A stretch of DNA of 29,940 nt from a virus (IMGVR_UViG_3300047288_000126:1-29940), one strand, 5' to 3'; positions 1-7,896 are shown, counted from the stretch's first letter. Numbers and translations: made by a program. The notes: generated by a model not told the origin, from the sequence alone.

Positions 1-127
1 TTGATTTTTATCCCAACAAACAAAACCTCTTGTATTAGGTAAATGTTCAATAAAATAATTAGCACCAAAAACAACTTGGTTTTTACTAACTCTAAATAAT
101 TCTTTCCAATATTCTGAACTTGGTAAA
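1..127. repeat. Terminal overlap, identical to 29814-29940 (circular contig)
   Basis: The first 127 nt (ttgatttttatcccaac...gaacttggtaaa) are repeated exactly at the end; a methyltransferase ORF reads in frame across the join. Confidence 0.97.
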
Positions 128-318
128 ATATCCCAATCTTTATCTTTATATAAAGCAGCCATAGGTGTATCTTTAAGTTTTCCACCTCCATCACTTAATC
201 TATTACCTAAACCATAAGGAGGGTCTACAATAGCCAAGTCAAAATAGTTATCAGGATATCTTGCCATCAATAACATGTTATCTTCGTTTGTTATTGTTAT
301 TTTATCTGTTACTTTCAT
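1..318 (-). CDS. Beta-class amino (N6A/N4C) DNA methyltransferase, N-terminal part (continues across the circular junction)
   Basis: ATG at 318 (ATGA overlap with the upstream stop) gives MKVTDKITITNEDNMLLMARYPDNYFDLAIVDPPYG...CWDKNQ, with catalytic DPPY. It joins in frame to 29813-29415; the full protein is 238 aa. Confidence 0.92.
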   Translation of the reverse strand, partial: MKVTDKITITNEDNMLLMARYPDNYFDLAIVDPPYGLGNRLSDGGGKLKDTPMAALYKDKDWDILPSSEYWKELFRVSKNQVVFGANYFIEHLPNTRGFVCWDKNQ

Positions 319-1073
319 TCTTTATCTTTTATAAATGTCCCGTTTTCCATTTTACCTGTTCTTTTTGCTATTACTTTGTATGCGCTATCAATACAGTCTT
401 CTATATTATAACCGGCTAACTTAGATAAATTAGTCAATACTACAACACAATCACCAATAGCATCTATAATCTCTTCTTTATTGTTGTTCAATAATGCTTT
501 TGCTAATTCGCCTGCTTCTTCTTGTAGTTTTATATATTGAGTCTTTACATCTCCTTTATCAAATATTCCTTTTTCTTTTGCCCAAGTTCTAATATTAGAA
601 AATATTTCAATCTCATTTACTGCAGTAGCGTTTAAATAATTTTGTAAAGCTCCTATATATATAAATCGTTCTTTGTTGTGTGCTGAAGATACGTTATTTG
701 ATTTGCACCATTGAATTACTTTGTCGTCAAACTCAATATGTGTTCCGTCTAATAGTTGAGCTAACATAGGAAATTTATATCCTGTTAAATGTAAATCATC
801 TGTTCCTTTGAAAGTGATTGTTCTAAGTGTTATGTGAATTGTTTTGTCCATTGTTTTTTTGTTTTTGTTAATCATTAATTGTAAGTAAGAATTTTTATCT
901 TTTTTATAGTTAAATACCTCTTGAAAATGTATTTCTAATTTTGAAGCGTGAGTTAAATTGTCGGTTGATGCAAGAACGTCGTATTCTTTATAACCTTGTA
1001 TCTGTTCAACACGTCTTTTTAAGTCGTTTGTGCAGCCTACTTTGATTCCTTTTATGTGATAAATGTAATACAT
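315..1073 (-). CDS. Fusion: N-terminal GIY-YIG-like domain + C-terminal MazG-like NTP pyrophosphohydrolase
   Basis: N-term YYIYH...KVGCT..LKRR...E; C-term WAKEKGI...KLQEEAGEL...EIIDAIGD (EExxE...ExxDxxxD all-alpha NTP-PPase motif). Confidence 0.8.
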   Translation of the reverse strand: MYYIYHIKGIKVGCTNDLKRRVEQIQGYKEYDVLASTDNLTHASKLEIHFQEVFNYKKDKNSYLQLMINKNKKTMDKTIHITLRTITFKGTDDLHLTGYKFPMLAQLLDGTHIEFDDKVIQWCKSNNVSSAHNKERFIYIGALQNYLNATAVNEIEIFSNIRTWAKEKGIFDKGDVKTQYIKLQEEAGELAKALLNNNKEEIIDAIGDCVVVLTNLSKLAGYNIEDCIDSAYKVIAKRTGKMENGTFIKDKE

Positions 1074-1075
1074 AA

Positions 1076-1846
1076 TTAAACTGCTACTTTAGCTGTGATT
1101 TTTGGTCCTGATTTATAATCTATTAACTCTAAAATTTCGTTATTATATTTATATTTTGGCAAATCATATATAGGTTGGCTTAAATATTCACAAATAGGCT
1201 CTATTTGATTCTTATAAATGTGAGCATCTATTATTTGAATCTCTAATTTGTTTGCTTTTAAGTTTGTTTTTGAAGCAATATACAATAATATTTTAGAAAA
1301 TAAAGCTACATCGTAAGGTATGCCCAAAAATAAATCACCTGAGCGTTGTACGACAAACATATTTAATTTATTATTTTTATCAGCATAAAATTGAAAATAT
1401 AAATAACAAGGCGGTAAAGCCATATCGTTTAATTGAATAGGATTCCATAATGATATAATATGACGTCTGCTGTCTTTATTAAATTTTAAAGAAAGTATTA
1501 AATTTTCTAATTGGTTTATGTTTTCCCCATTATAGTTTAGCATTTGATATCCATAAACAGGACCTAAATCTCCATTGCTATCTGCCCAATCATCCCATAT
1601 TGTTACATTAGCATCTTTAAATCTTTGAATATTTGTTTCCCCATTAATAAACCAATTAAATTCTGTATCAAATATCTTTTTATAAATTTTTCTTCCGGTT
1701 ATTATAGGAAACTTTTTTGATATATTTATTTTTAATGACTGATTAAATAAAGAATAACTGCCAACGCCTGTGCGGTCGTCTCTTTCAATTCCATTTGCTA
1801 AACAATTTTTTAATATTGTTTTGTATTGTTTTTCAAAACTACTCAT
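1076..1846 (-). CDS. thyA: Thymidylate synthase family protein with dCMP-type specificity residues (candidate dCMP methylase)
   Basis: DRTGVG, IWDDW..GDLGPVYG, SRR, LPPC, QRSGD.FLG.P and HIY motifs are present, but it has PPCY instead of PCH and PYD instead of PFN. The symbol denotes the family only. Confidence 0.9.
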   Translation of the reverse strand: MSSFEKQYKTILKNCLANGIERDDRTGVGSYSLFNQSLKINISKKFPIITGRKIYKKIFDTEFNWFINGETNIQRFKDANVTIWDDWADSNGDLGPVYGYQMLNYNGENINQLENLILSLKFNKDSRRHIISLWNPIQLNDMALPPCYLYFQFYADKNNKLNMFVVQRSGDLFLGIPYDVALFSKILLYIASKTNLKANKLEIQIIDAHIYKNQIEPICEYLSQPIYDLPKYKYNNEILELIDYKSGPKITAKVAV

Positions 1847-2108
1847 TTTTATTATTATTTGAGTTATTTAAAGCCGCAATATACCCAACGCAATCTAACA
1901 TTGTATCTTCTTTTATATTATAAGCCATCCTACTTATTTTTAAAGCTATCATGCACTTATAAAAGTCTTCTTTAGTTATATCTTTATTGCATAATATTGA
2001 TGCAACTGAGGCTGCGTTTTGCATTGACTCGTCAAATGGTCCATACATTCTTTCTTTTTCTTCAGAACGTAAGTTAATAATCTTGTTTGCTTCTTCTAAA
2101 ATGTTCAT
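1839..2108 (-). CDS. DUF6378-like small alpha-helical protein
   Basis: ILEEA..II...E..YG.F...M.ALKISR.....KED..LD..GY pattern recalled for this phage family; first gene after a promoter. Confidence 0.65.
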   Translation of the reverse strand: MNILEEANKIINLRSEEKERMYGPFDESMQNAASVASILCNKDITKEDFYKCMIALKISRMAYNIKEDTMLDCVGYIAALNNSNNNKNE

Positions 2109-2135
2109 TGTTGTCTTGTTTTAATTAATATTTTG

Positions 2136-2187
2136 TAAATATACAGATTGTTTTTAATTTATTACACTAATTAACACTTTTTTAACA
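2136..2187 (-). promoter_or_regulatory. Host-type promoter (TATATTTA) with upstream TGTTAA-N5-TGTTAA repeat
   Basis: -7-like element at 2136-2143; TTAACA at 2171-2176 and 2182-2187 on the + strand. Confidence 0.65.
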
Positions 2188-2895
2188 TATCCTTAACTTC
2201 AATAAATTGTAACATTCAATATATCTTTGCTTTGCTTTACCTTTGTGTATCGTTTTAAATAACTCGTAAACTTTTTTTGTATATTTATAATGCGAATTAC
2301 AATCTGCAAATAGCTTTTCTGCATATTTTTTACCATAACCTTTGCAATAATTTACATTGTCAGCTGTATCTCCTATAATCATTTGTTCATAAAAATTATA
2401 CATTGCTTCTGATTCTGATATATCATAAACACATTTGTGTTTTGAGTGATAATTGTATATTAAAGCAGGAAATTGTTTGTAGTCTTTATCAATTGATATT
2501 ATCATTACATTTTCCCTACCGTGTTTTTGTGATAAATTATGCCAATATGTAGCAACCATATCATCTGTCTCAACTCCGTGCCCAATAATTGAATCATAAT
2601 TGTCTTTTACAAATTGGTGCATCTCATTTAAAAGCGGCGGCAAAACTGTATTAGTTCTATTTGCTTTATACTTAGGTGATATATATTTCCTAAAATTGCC
2701 TTTTGACCCTGAAAATACTAAAACTTGTTGTATTTCGTATAACTCTTCTAAATGATTTATTATAGACATAAACCCTTCATCAAATTTATGTACTGTTAAA
2801 GCTATATCAGTATAAAATTGCTCATCATTTTCGTGTTCTTTTGTTTTACAACAGCTTGAATATATCAAACTATCAGCGTCAAATAGTAGTATCAT
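2182..2895 (-). CDS. 5'-3' exonuclease / flap endonuclease (T5 D15, T7 gp6, Pol I 5'-nuclease family)
   Basis: DADSLIY, YKANR, ETDD, DKD and GDTADNV...GYGKKYA (H3TH) motifs. Confidence 0.9.
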   Translation of the reverse strand: MILLFDADSLIYSSCCKTKEHENDEQFYTDIALTVHKFDEGFMSIINHLEELYEIQQVLVFSGSKGNFRKYISPKYKANRTNTVLPPLLNEMHQFVKDNYDSIIGHGVETDDMVATYWHNLSQKHGRENVMIISIDKDYKQFPALIYNYHSKHKCVYDISESEAMYNFYEQMIIGDTADNVNYCKGYGKKYAEKLFADCNSHYKYTKKVYELFKTIHKGKAKQRYIECYNLLKLRIC

Positions 2896-2896
2896 A

Positions 2897-3100
2897 TTAA
2901 TTTGGGTTAGAATCTAATAATATTAATTTTAAAATATAATTATAAATACTCATTTCTCTTGTTGTGCTATTTATCATCTTACTTAATTGGTCTTCATTCA
3001 ATAAAGTTTTACCTGATATTAATTCATCTATATATCCTTTTAGCTCTCTATCTAAACCCATTATTATAGATTGTATTTTTACTAATGCTAATTCATTCAT
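2897..3100 (-). CDS. Hypothetical protein
   Basis: 67-aa ORF tightly packed with neighbours. Confidence 0.65.
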   Translation of the reverse strand: MNELALVKIQSIIMGLDRELKGYIDELISGKTLLNEDQLSKMINSTTREMSIYNYILKLILLDSNPN

Positions 3101-3132
3101 ATTTCTAATTTAAATGTATTATTGTAATATTC

Positions 3133-3342
3133 TTAAAGAGTTGTTTTAGCAGCATTAATTAAAACTCTTGCTGTTTGCTCTTGTATACCTTTATAAAAAG
3201 AATTTTGTATTTGATTCTTTTCTAATTCAAAAAACTTATAATAATCATTTATAAACTTTCTACCTTCTAAAGTATTTGTATTAAATAAATTAGGATGCTC
3301 AATTTCTAATTGGCTAAATAATTCTTGCATTGCTGTTTTCAT
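3133..3342 (-). CDS. Hypothetical protein (KTA...EKxQI family)
   Basis: Resembles 7901-8131 (MKKTAVE...MEKQQI); one-base overlap with the upstream gene. Confidence 0.7.
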   Translation of the reverse strand: MKTAMQELFSQLEIEHPNLFNTNTLEGRKFINDYYKFFELEKNQIQNSFYKGIQEQTARVLINAAKTTL

Positions 3343-3551
3343 TATCTTATTTTTATGTTATTTAAATTAAACATTGTTTCATCGTAATTTAATACGTTTT
3401 TTACTTCTTGCTCGTAATCATCAGAATAATTAAATTGTGCCTTTATAGCTTCTGTAATTTCTTCCAATTCGTGTTTAACATAAGTGTTTTCAATTTCTGA
3501 CATTAACCAAGTAATGTTTTCTAATCTGTCAATAATTTCTTTTTGTGTCAT
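3342..3551 (-). CDS. Hypothetical protein
   Basis: 69-aa ORF directly after the promoter at 3575-3625. Confidence 0.7.
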   Translation of the reverse strand: MTQKEIIDRLENITWLMSEIENTYVKHELEEITEAIKAQFNYSDDYEQEVKNVLNYDETMFNLNNIKIR

Positions 3552-3574
3552 AATGTTTGTTTTTAATTGTTATA

Positions 3575-3625
3575 CGAATATAAACAAGTTATTAATATAA
3601 AATACATTTTAACAAAAATTTAACA
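3575..3625 (-). promoter_or_regulatory. Host-type promoter (TATATTCG) with TGTTAA-N5-TGTTAA repeat
   Basis: -7-like element at 3575-3582; TTAACA at 3609-3614 and 3620-3625; lies just downstream of a terminator. Confidence 0.7.
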
Positions 3626-3626
3626 T

Positions 3627-3655
3627 AAAAAAAAGAGTAGCTATTTACTACTCTT
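3627..3655 (-). terminator. Rho-independent terminator
   Basis: 8-bp stem AAGAGTAG/CTACTCTT, 7-nt loop, U-tract on the minus strand. Confidence 0.8.
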
Positions 3656-3784
3656 AATTTGACTTCTACAAACTGTGTATCTTTGGTCTATATCAGGATA
3701 TTCTGTTTTCATCTTTTCATCTATCATACATCGTTGTACAAATTCTTTTTCGTGTTCACCTTGTTTTGGTTGCGGTATTGGCAT
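3641..3784 (-). CDS. Small hypothetical protein (47 aa, not in ORF track)
   Basis: MPIPQPKQGEHEKEFVQRCMIDEKMKTEYPDIDQRYTVCRSQIKSSK; ends within the terminator. Confidence 0.7.
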   Translation of the reverse strand: MPIPQPKQGEHEKEFVQRCMIDEKMKTEYPDIDQRYTVCRSQIKSSK

Positions 3785-3911
3785 TTTTATTTAATTTTTG
3801 ATTAATAATTTTTCTATATACTTTGTTAACTGATTCTTTATTATTACCTCTTTTCCAAAGAAAATCCATTATTCTATTTATTCTTTGTAGTGGTGATTGT
3901 TTGCTTTTCAT
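3756..3911 (-). CDS. Small basic hypothetical protein (51 aa, not in ORF track)
   Basis: MKSKQSPLQRINRIMDFLWKRGNNKESVNKVYRKII...; fills a gap in the gene array. Confidence 0.55.
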   Translation of the reverse strand: MKSKQSPLQRINRIMDFLWKRGNNKESVNKVYRKIINQKLNKNANTATKTR

Positions 3912-4029
3912 ATTTTAATATTTTTCTTTCAAGTTCTTCTATTATATTTTTTAATTCTAAATTATAATCTATTACATCATAAAGTTGATTTAATAACCTA
4001 ACTATAATTTCTTTTTTACTTATTTTCAT
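3874..4029 (-). CDS. Small hypothetical protein (51 aa, not in ORF track)
   Basis: MKISKKEIIVRLLNQLYDVIDYNLELKNIIEELERKILKY...; overlaps both neighbours slightly. Confidence 0.5.
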   Translation of the reverse strand: MKISKKEIIVRLLNQLYDVIDYNLELKNIIEELERKILKYEKQTITTTKNK

Positions 4030-4204
4030 ATTGTTTTAATTTTTCTAAATATAGAATTAAATCCATTGCTTCTTCTTGTGCGTGTTGTAGCCACTCTAAG
4101 CGTGTTAAATCTGTTCTGTCTAATGTTGTATTATATTTCTTAATTCCTGTTTCAGAACGTTGTTTAAATTGTTCTATTACTGATTCTACTATTGTGTCTT
4201 TCAT
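4016..4204 (-). CDS. Small all-alpha NTP-pyrophosphatase-like protein
   Basis: R...GIKKY..TL.R....WLQHAQEEAMD...Y; acidic EExxD helix typical of minimal MazG-like folds. Confidence 0.6.
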   Translation of the reverse strand: MKDTIVESVIEQFKQRSETGIKKYNTTLDRTDLTRLEWLQHAQEEAMDLILYLEKLKQYENK

Positions 4205-4464
4205 TTGTTAAATCTTTTTGAGTGTAATGTATAAAGCTCCATTGTTTTTTTTAAAGCATCGTGTTCTGTAAATTCAACATCAATATTATTTTCTTTGTAA
4301 TTATGCACTTCTAATCTATTTGATATTTGAAATTTAACTACTTTGTATTTTTTTGTATATTGTATTGGTTGTATTACGTATGCTAAATCATTTTTGTTAC
4401 ATATATACATGCTTTGAATTTCAGCTTGTGTTGGTGAGTATGTAAGCTCCTGTTTTTTAGCCAT
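4201..4464 (-). CDS. Hypothetical protein
   Basis: 87-aa ORF with coupled overlaps at both ends. Confidence 0.7.
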   Translation of the reverse strand: MAKKQELTYSPTQAEIQSMYICNKNDLAYVIQPIQYTKKYKVVKFQISNRLEVHNYKENNIDVEFTEHDALKKTMELYTLHSKRFNK

Positions 4465-4823
4465 TAATCTAATCTTAAAAATTCAGTTTCACCATATTTA
4501 GTAAACCATTCTTTATTTTCTTTATATTTATCAATTACTGCATTTATAAATACCAACTCATCTATTGAACTTGTTTGTAGTTTTTTTATAATTGATTCTA
4601 TACTATTTAAAATATTAGTTGTAGTTTCAGGTTCAGTATCATATATTATCTTATATTCATTTCTTACAGTTTCTTCTAAGTCTTTATTTAAACTATTTAT
4701 TTTATGTTTAATTTGTTGCTTATATTGCGTTGTAAAAAATAAACTTTCATTAGCCTCTAATAATAATTGACTTAATAAAACAGATTTTAAATACTCTTGT
4801 TGTATAACATTTTTATTTTTCAT
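4464..4823 (-). CDS. Hypothetical protein
   Basis: Likely start is the ATG at 4823 (or 4832), not the track start at 4877, which lies deep inside the upstream gene. Confidence 0.7.
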   Translation of the reverse strand: MKNKNVIQQEYLKSVLLSQLLLEANESLFFTTQYKQQIKHKINSLNKDLEETVRNEYKIIYDTEPETTTNILNSIESIIKKLQTSSIDELVFINAVIDKYKENKEWFTKYGETEFLRLD

Positions 4824-5184
4824 ATTCGTCATAAACTCTTTTAAGTTCTTTAATTTTATTAGCCCAACAAGACCCACAAGAGCTTAATTCTAAACGATAA
4901 TTAAATACATTGTAATATATATCTGAAATTACTTTTTGTTCTTCAGGCGTTAATGTATTCTTTTTAGGGTTTATAAACTCTGTTAAAGCATTATAATCTT
5001 TTTCAGTTAAACAATTAATGTTTCTGTTATAAGAAAATAATTGATTCAGTTTTTCTTTACGCTCATCGCAACCACAATCTAAACCTGTTGCTTTACTAAA
5101 TACTTCTACTGCTTTTTTAATTCCTGTTGCTTCTGTGATTTGTTCAATAGTATCACCTAAACCTTTTGCTTTTTGTTTTGCCAT
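4813..5184 (-). CDS. Cys-containing hypothetical phage protein
   Basis: GLGDTIE..T..TGIK, DCGCDERKEKLN and SCGSC motifs; follows the sigma factor gene. Confidence 0.75.
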   Translation of the reverse strand: MAKQKAKGLGDTIEQITEATGIKKAVEVFSKATGLDCGCDERKEKLNQLFSYNRNINCLTEKDYNALTEFINPKKNTLTPEEQKVISDIYYNVFNYRLELSSCGSCWANKIKELKRVYDEYEK

Positions 5185-5195
5185 AATTTTAAATT

Positions 5196-5738
5196 TTAAT
5201 AAATGTTATTGTAATCGTTTGTTATATAATCTTCGTAATCTTTTTGAAATTTATTTTTAAGTATTTCTTTGTAGTTTTTAATACTATGAAATATTGATAT
5301 TAAACTTATATTTGTTTCACTTGCTATATCACGCATTGACATATCCGAGTCCCTGTAAAGTTTAAATAGCTTTTTATCGTACCAATGCCAATTATCAATT
5401 TCTTCATCAATCATTAAACAGATATCATTGTAGGCGTTTTGTTCTTCTATGTTTGAATCATCAAATAATTCCCAACATCCATCAAAAGGCACTTTATTTA
5501 CAAGTTTCTTTTTATTGTAGTATTGGTAATATAAAGAACGTAATGTAAAAAACATATAACCTTTTCGTACATCGCCTTTATTATCTATTAACTTTTCTGC
5601 ATTTGCATACTTCATTAAAGCAATATAAGATTCTTGTACTATATCTTCAGCATAATCATACTCACCAAGTTTTTGGATTGTTTTTATCCATTCCTTGTGG
5701 TGTTTTGCTACCTGTTCAAGCCATTTGAAGTTGTCCAT
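5196..5738 (-). CDS. ECF/sigma-70 family RNA polymerase sigma factor
   Basis: Region 2 motif AEDIVQESYI; region 4 HTH LFKLY...MSMRDIASETNIS...I. Confidence 0.85.
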   Translation of the reverse strand: MDNFKWLEQVAKHHKEWIKTIQKLGEYDYAEDIVQESYIALMKYANAEKLIDNKGDVRKGYMFFTLRSLYYQYYNKKKLVNKVPFDGCWELFDDSNIEEQNAYNDICLMIDEEIDNWHWYDKKLFKLYRDSDMSMRDIASETNISLISIFHSIKNYKEILKNKFQKDYEDYITNDYNNIY

Positions 5739-5932
5739 AAAAAGTTAAATGATATAAATAATATTACTACTTGTATTGTGTGGTCTGTTTCAATATCATA
5801 TACATCATCATTATACAAAGCACCAAACATTACTCCTTTAATTGGCGTTATAATAACATCACATTCAAAAAAACTTGTTGCTAAAAATACTAATGCTAAA
5901 ATAATTACTAATACTACTGTAAAAAATTCCAT
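5708..5932 (-). CDS. Small membrane protein
   Basis: Hydrophobic N-terminal helix and a hydrophobic C-terminal segment. Confidence 0.65.
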   Translation of the reverse strand: MEFFTVVLVIILALVFLATSFFECDVIITPIKGVMFGALYNDDVYDIETDHTIQVVILFISFNFLWTTSNGLNR

Positions 5933-5933
5933 A

Positions 5934-6230
5934 CTATAAACTTTTAATTGTTAAAAATGCTTCTTTTTTTTCTGTTGTTACTTCTTTAATTTTAAAATTT
6001 ACATTAATGTTAGTTAATTCTGAATCTTGTTCTTTTAACAGGTTCATTATATTTTCTATTTCTAACCAATTATATTTTGAATCCATTTCAACTAACTGCT
6101 GTAAATATATTAACTTTTCTGTTAAGTCTTTAAAATAACTTATTAACATTTTATTATCTGAATTTAATACTAACATTCTTGCTGCAGAAGTTTGTAAATC
6201 TTCTAAATGTGTTTTAATTGTTGTTTGCAT
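5934..6230 (-). CDS. Hypothetical protein
   Basis: 98-aa ORF with 1-nt gaps to neighbours. Confidence 0.7.
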   Translation of the reverse strand: MQTTIKTHLEDLQTSAARMLVLNSDNKMLISYFKDLTEKLIYLQQLVEMDSKYNWLEIENIMNLLKEQDSELTNINVNFKIKEVTTEKKEAFLTIKSL

Positions 6231-6231
6231 A

Positions 6232-6432
6232 TTACATTTTTTTTAATTCATCTAAAACTTCCCAATAATAATTTCTATAAATTTCAGGTAAAAACATATT
6301 ATTTAAAATATATATTACTGAAAATATAGCTGATTGTTTTGCTTTTTCTTTTGGCAAAATTAAATCAACATAAAAAGGGATAAAAATTCTTTTAGCTGTT
6401 TCTTTTGGAGTTTGTTCTAATATTTGTACCAT
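6232..6432 (-). CDS. Hypothetical protein (TPKE.A...YWEV family)
   Basis: 66 aa; similar ends to the 52-aa ORF at 28416-28574. Confidence 0.65.
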   Translation of the reverse strand: MVQILEQTPKETAKRIFIPFYVDLILPKEKAKQSAIFSVIYILNNMFLPEIYRNYYWEVLDELKKM

Positions 6433-6435
6433 AAT

Positions 6436-7278
6436 TTAAAATATATCTTTTAGTGGGTCGTAAAAAGCACCTTCAACTTGTGGCAAACCAAAACTATTAA
6501 CTTTGAAGCTAAAGTTTTCAAAAGGTGCGTTTCTACTTCGTTTACACGATACGGTTACTAAACCTTTATTAATTGTATTTAATTCTAATTGTATTTGTGT
6601 TTCTGCTTTTTTCTCTAAAAAACTTCCTAAATGACCTGTAGGTTTATCAGTACCAAAATTTGAGTGTATAACCGTAACTATATGGCAATTTAATTCTTTT
6701 GACCACTTCATTAACTTTTGAACTACTGCATTTGATTCTTCAATGTTATTTACATCGCTACATAAATCTGCAATACCATCAATAATAACTAAACCTATTT
6801 CTTTTGCTTCTAATTTGTCATAAAGATAGTATTCAATAAAATCAACACGTTCTTTAAATGATAATTGTCTTAATGCTAAAGTATGGTATCTATCAGTTTT
6901 TATAGAAGTCATATCTAATGGTCTTTTAAATACCATTTGTGCGTGAAAATTACCCTGTTCTGTATCAAAATGAATTAAATGTTTGTTTTCTCTATTAGCT
7001 TTTAATTCACCACAAAATGATTCTAAATGTTCTGCTAAATATATTGCTGAAAGTAAACTAACAAAAAATGTTTTCTTTGATTTTGGAGGTGCTTGTACAA
7101 AACTAAAGTTTCCATAAGTTCCTAAAGGTACAGGATATTCTTTTGAACCTTCTTTTGTTTCATATATTTTAGTTCCAAATGATATTGCAGGTTTAGGATA
7201 TTCTATTTTCTCTAATGGATTTATTAAGCAATCTTCTTCAAACATTTGCATTAATAATCTTTGTGCTTCTTTATCCAT
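6436..7278 (-). CDS. RecA/DnaB-like (AAA_25-type) P-loop ATPase, probable replicative helicase
   Basis: Variant Walker A APPKSKKT, FDTEQ, Walker B VIIDG, VIH, GHLGS, KRSR. Confidence 0.8.
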   Translation of the reverse strand: MDKEAQRLLMQMFEEDCLINPLEKIEYPKPAISFGTKIYETKEGSKEYPVPLGTYGNFSFVQAPPKSKKTFFVSLLSAIYLAEHLESFCGELKANRENKHLIHFDTEQGNFHAQMVFKRPLDMTSIKTDRYHTLALRQLSFKERVDFIEYYLYDKLEAKEIGLVIIDGIADLCSDVNNIEESNAVVQKLMKWSKELNCHIVTVIHSNFGTDKPTGHLGSFLEKKAETQIQLELNTINKGLVTVSCKRSRNAPFENFSFKVNSFGLPQVEGAFYDPLKDIF

Positions 7279-7298
7279 ATTATTATTTTCTTGTTTTT

Positions 7299-7325
7299 AA
7301 AAAAAGGGTAGCTTTTACACTACCC
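7299..7325 (-). terminator. Rho-independent terminator
   Basis: GGGTAG/CTACCC stem followed by a U-tract on the minus strand, after the SSB-like gene. Confidence 0.75.
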
Positions 7326-7333
7326 ATTTAAAT

Positions 7334-7633
7334 TTAGAAAGGCAAATCATCACCTACTACTTCTTTAGTAGCTACGCCTTCTTTTTTCTCTGCTAATTGG
7401 ATAGTTCCATTAGTCCAAATTACGTTACCATTACCCAAATATGATTTAGGTTTTTTAGCTTCACGTTCTTCTTTAGTTTGAGAGTCTGTTAAAGAAACAT
7501 TTTGACCCCATTGGTTAGATTCATCGTTTACTGCAACTGTAAAATTGTAATAAACTGCTCCATCTTTACCTTGAACAAATTTTTCTTTTGGTAATTTGTC
7601 AACTCTTAAACTTACGTTAATTAATGCACTCAT
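7334..7633 (-). CDS. Probable single-stranded DNA-binding protein
   Basis: Beta-rich 99 aa with acidic SSB-type C-terminus DDLPF; lies between ERF and the helicase-like gene. Confidence 0.7.
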   Translation of the reverse strand: MSALINVSLRVDKLPKEKFVQGKDGAVYYNFTVAVNDESNQWGQNVSLTDSQTKEEREAKKPKSYLGNGNVIWTNGTIQLAEKKEGVATKEVVGDDLPF

Positions 7634-7689
7634 ATTATTTGTTTTTAATTTGCTTACCTTTTTTTACTGTTGTCAGCTATTCAGTTTTA

Positions 7690-7896
7690 TTATTTATCAA
7701 TATGTATTAAAAAACTAATTTTTCGCTTTATTGTAGGGAATTTTTCTATTAACCACAAACTCAATTCGTTTTCTGCGGAATTATCAATATGAAAAATTGC
7801 ATAAGTGTGTATCTTATGACCTTTAAATATTTCATTCTTTTGTAAGTATTCAGGTATTTCTGACAACTTAATTACTGACCTTGTTATTTTTTTCAT
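7690..7896 (-). CDS. Hypothetical protein
   Basis: Likely start MKKITRS at 7896, just after the upstream stop at 7901. Confidence 0.6.
   Translation of the reverse strand: MKKITRSVIKLSEIPEYLQKNEIFKGHKIHTYAIFHIDNSAENELSLWLIEKFPTIKRKISFLIHIDK

Noticed and set aside
7652-7685. preQ1-I riboswitch
   Set aside because: The hairpin plus A-tract shape is similar, but the loop lacks the conserved U and C ligand-contacting positions and no queuosine genes are present.
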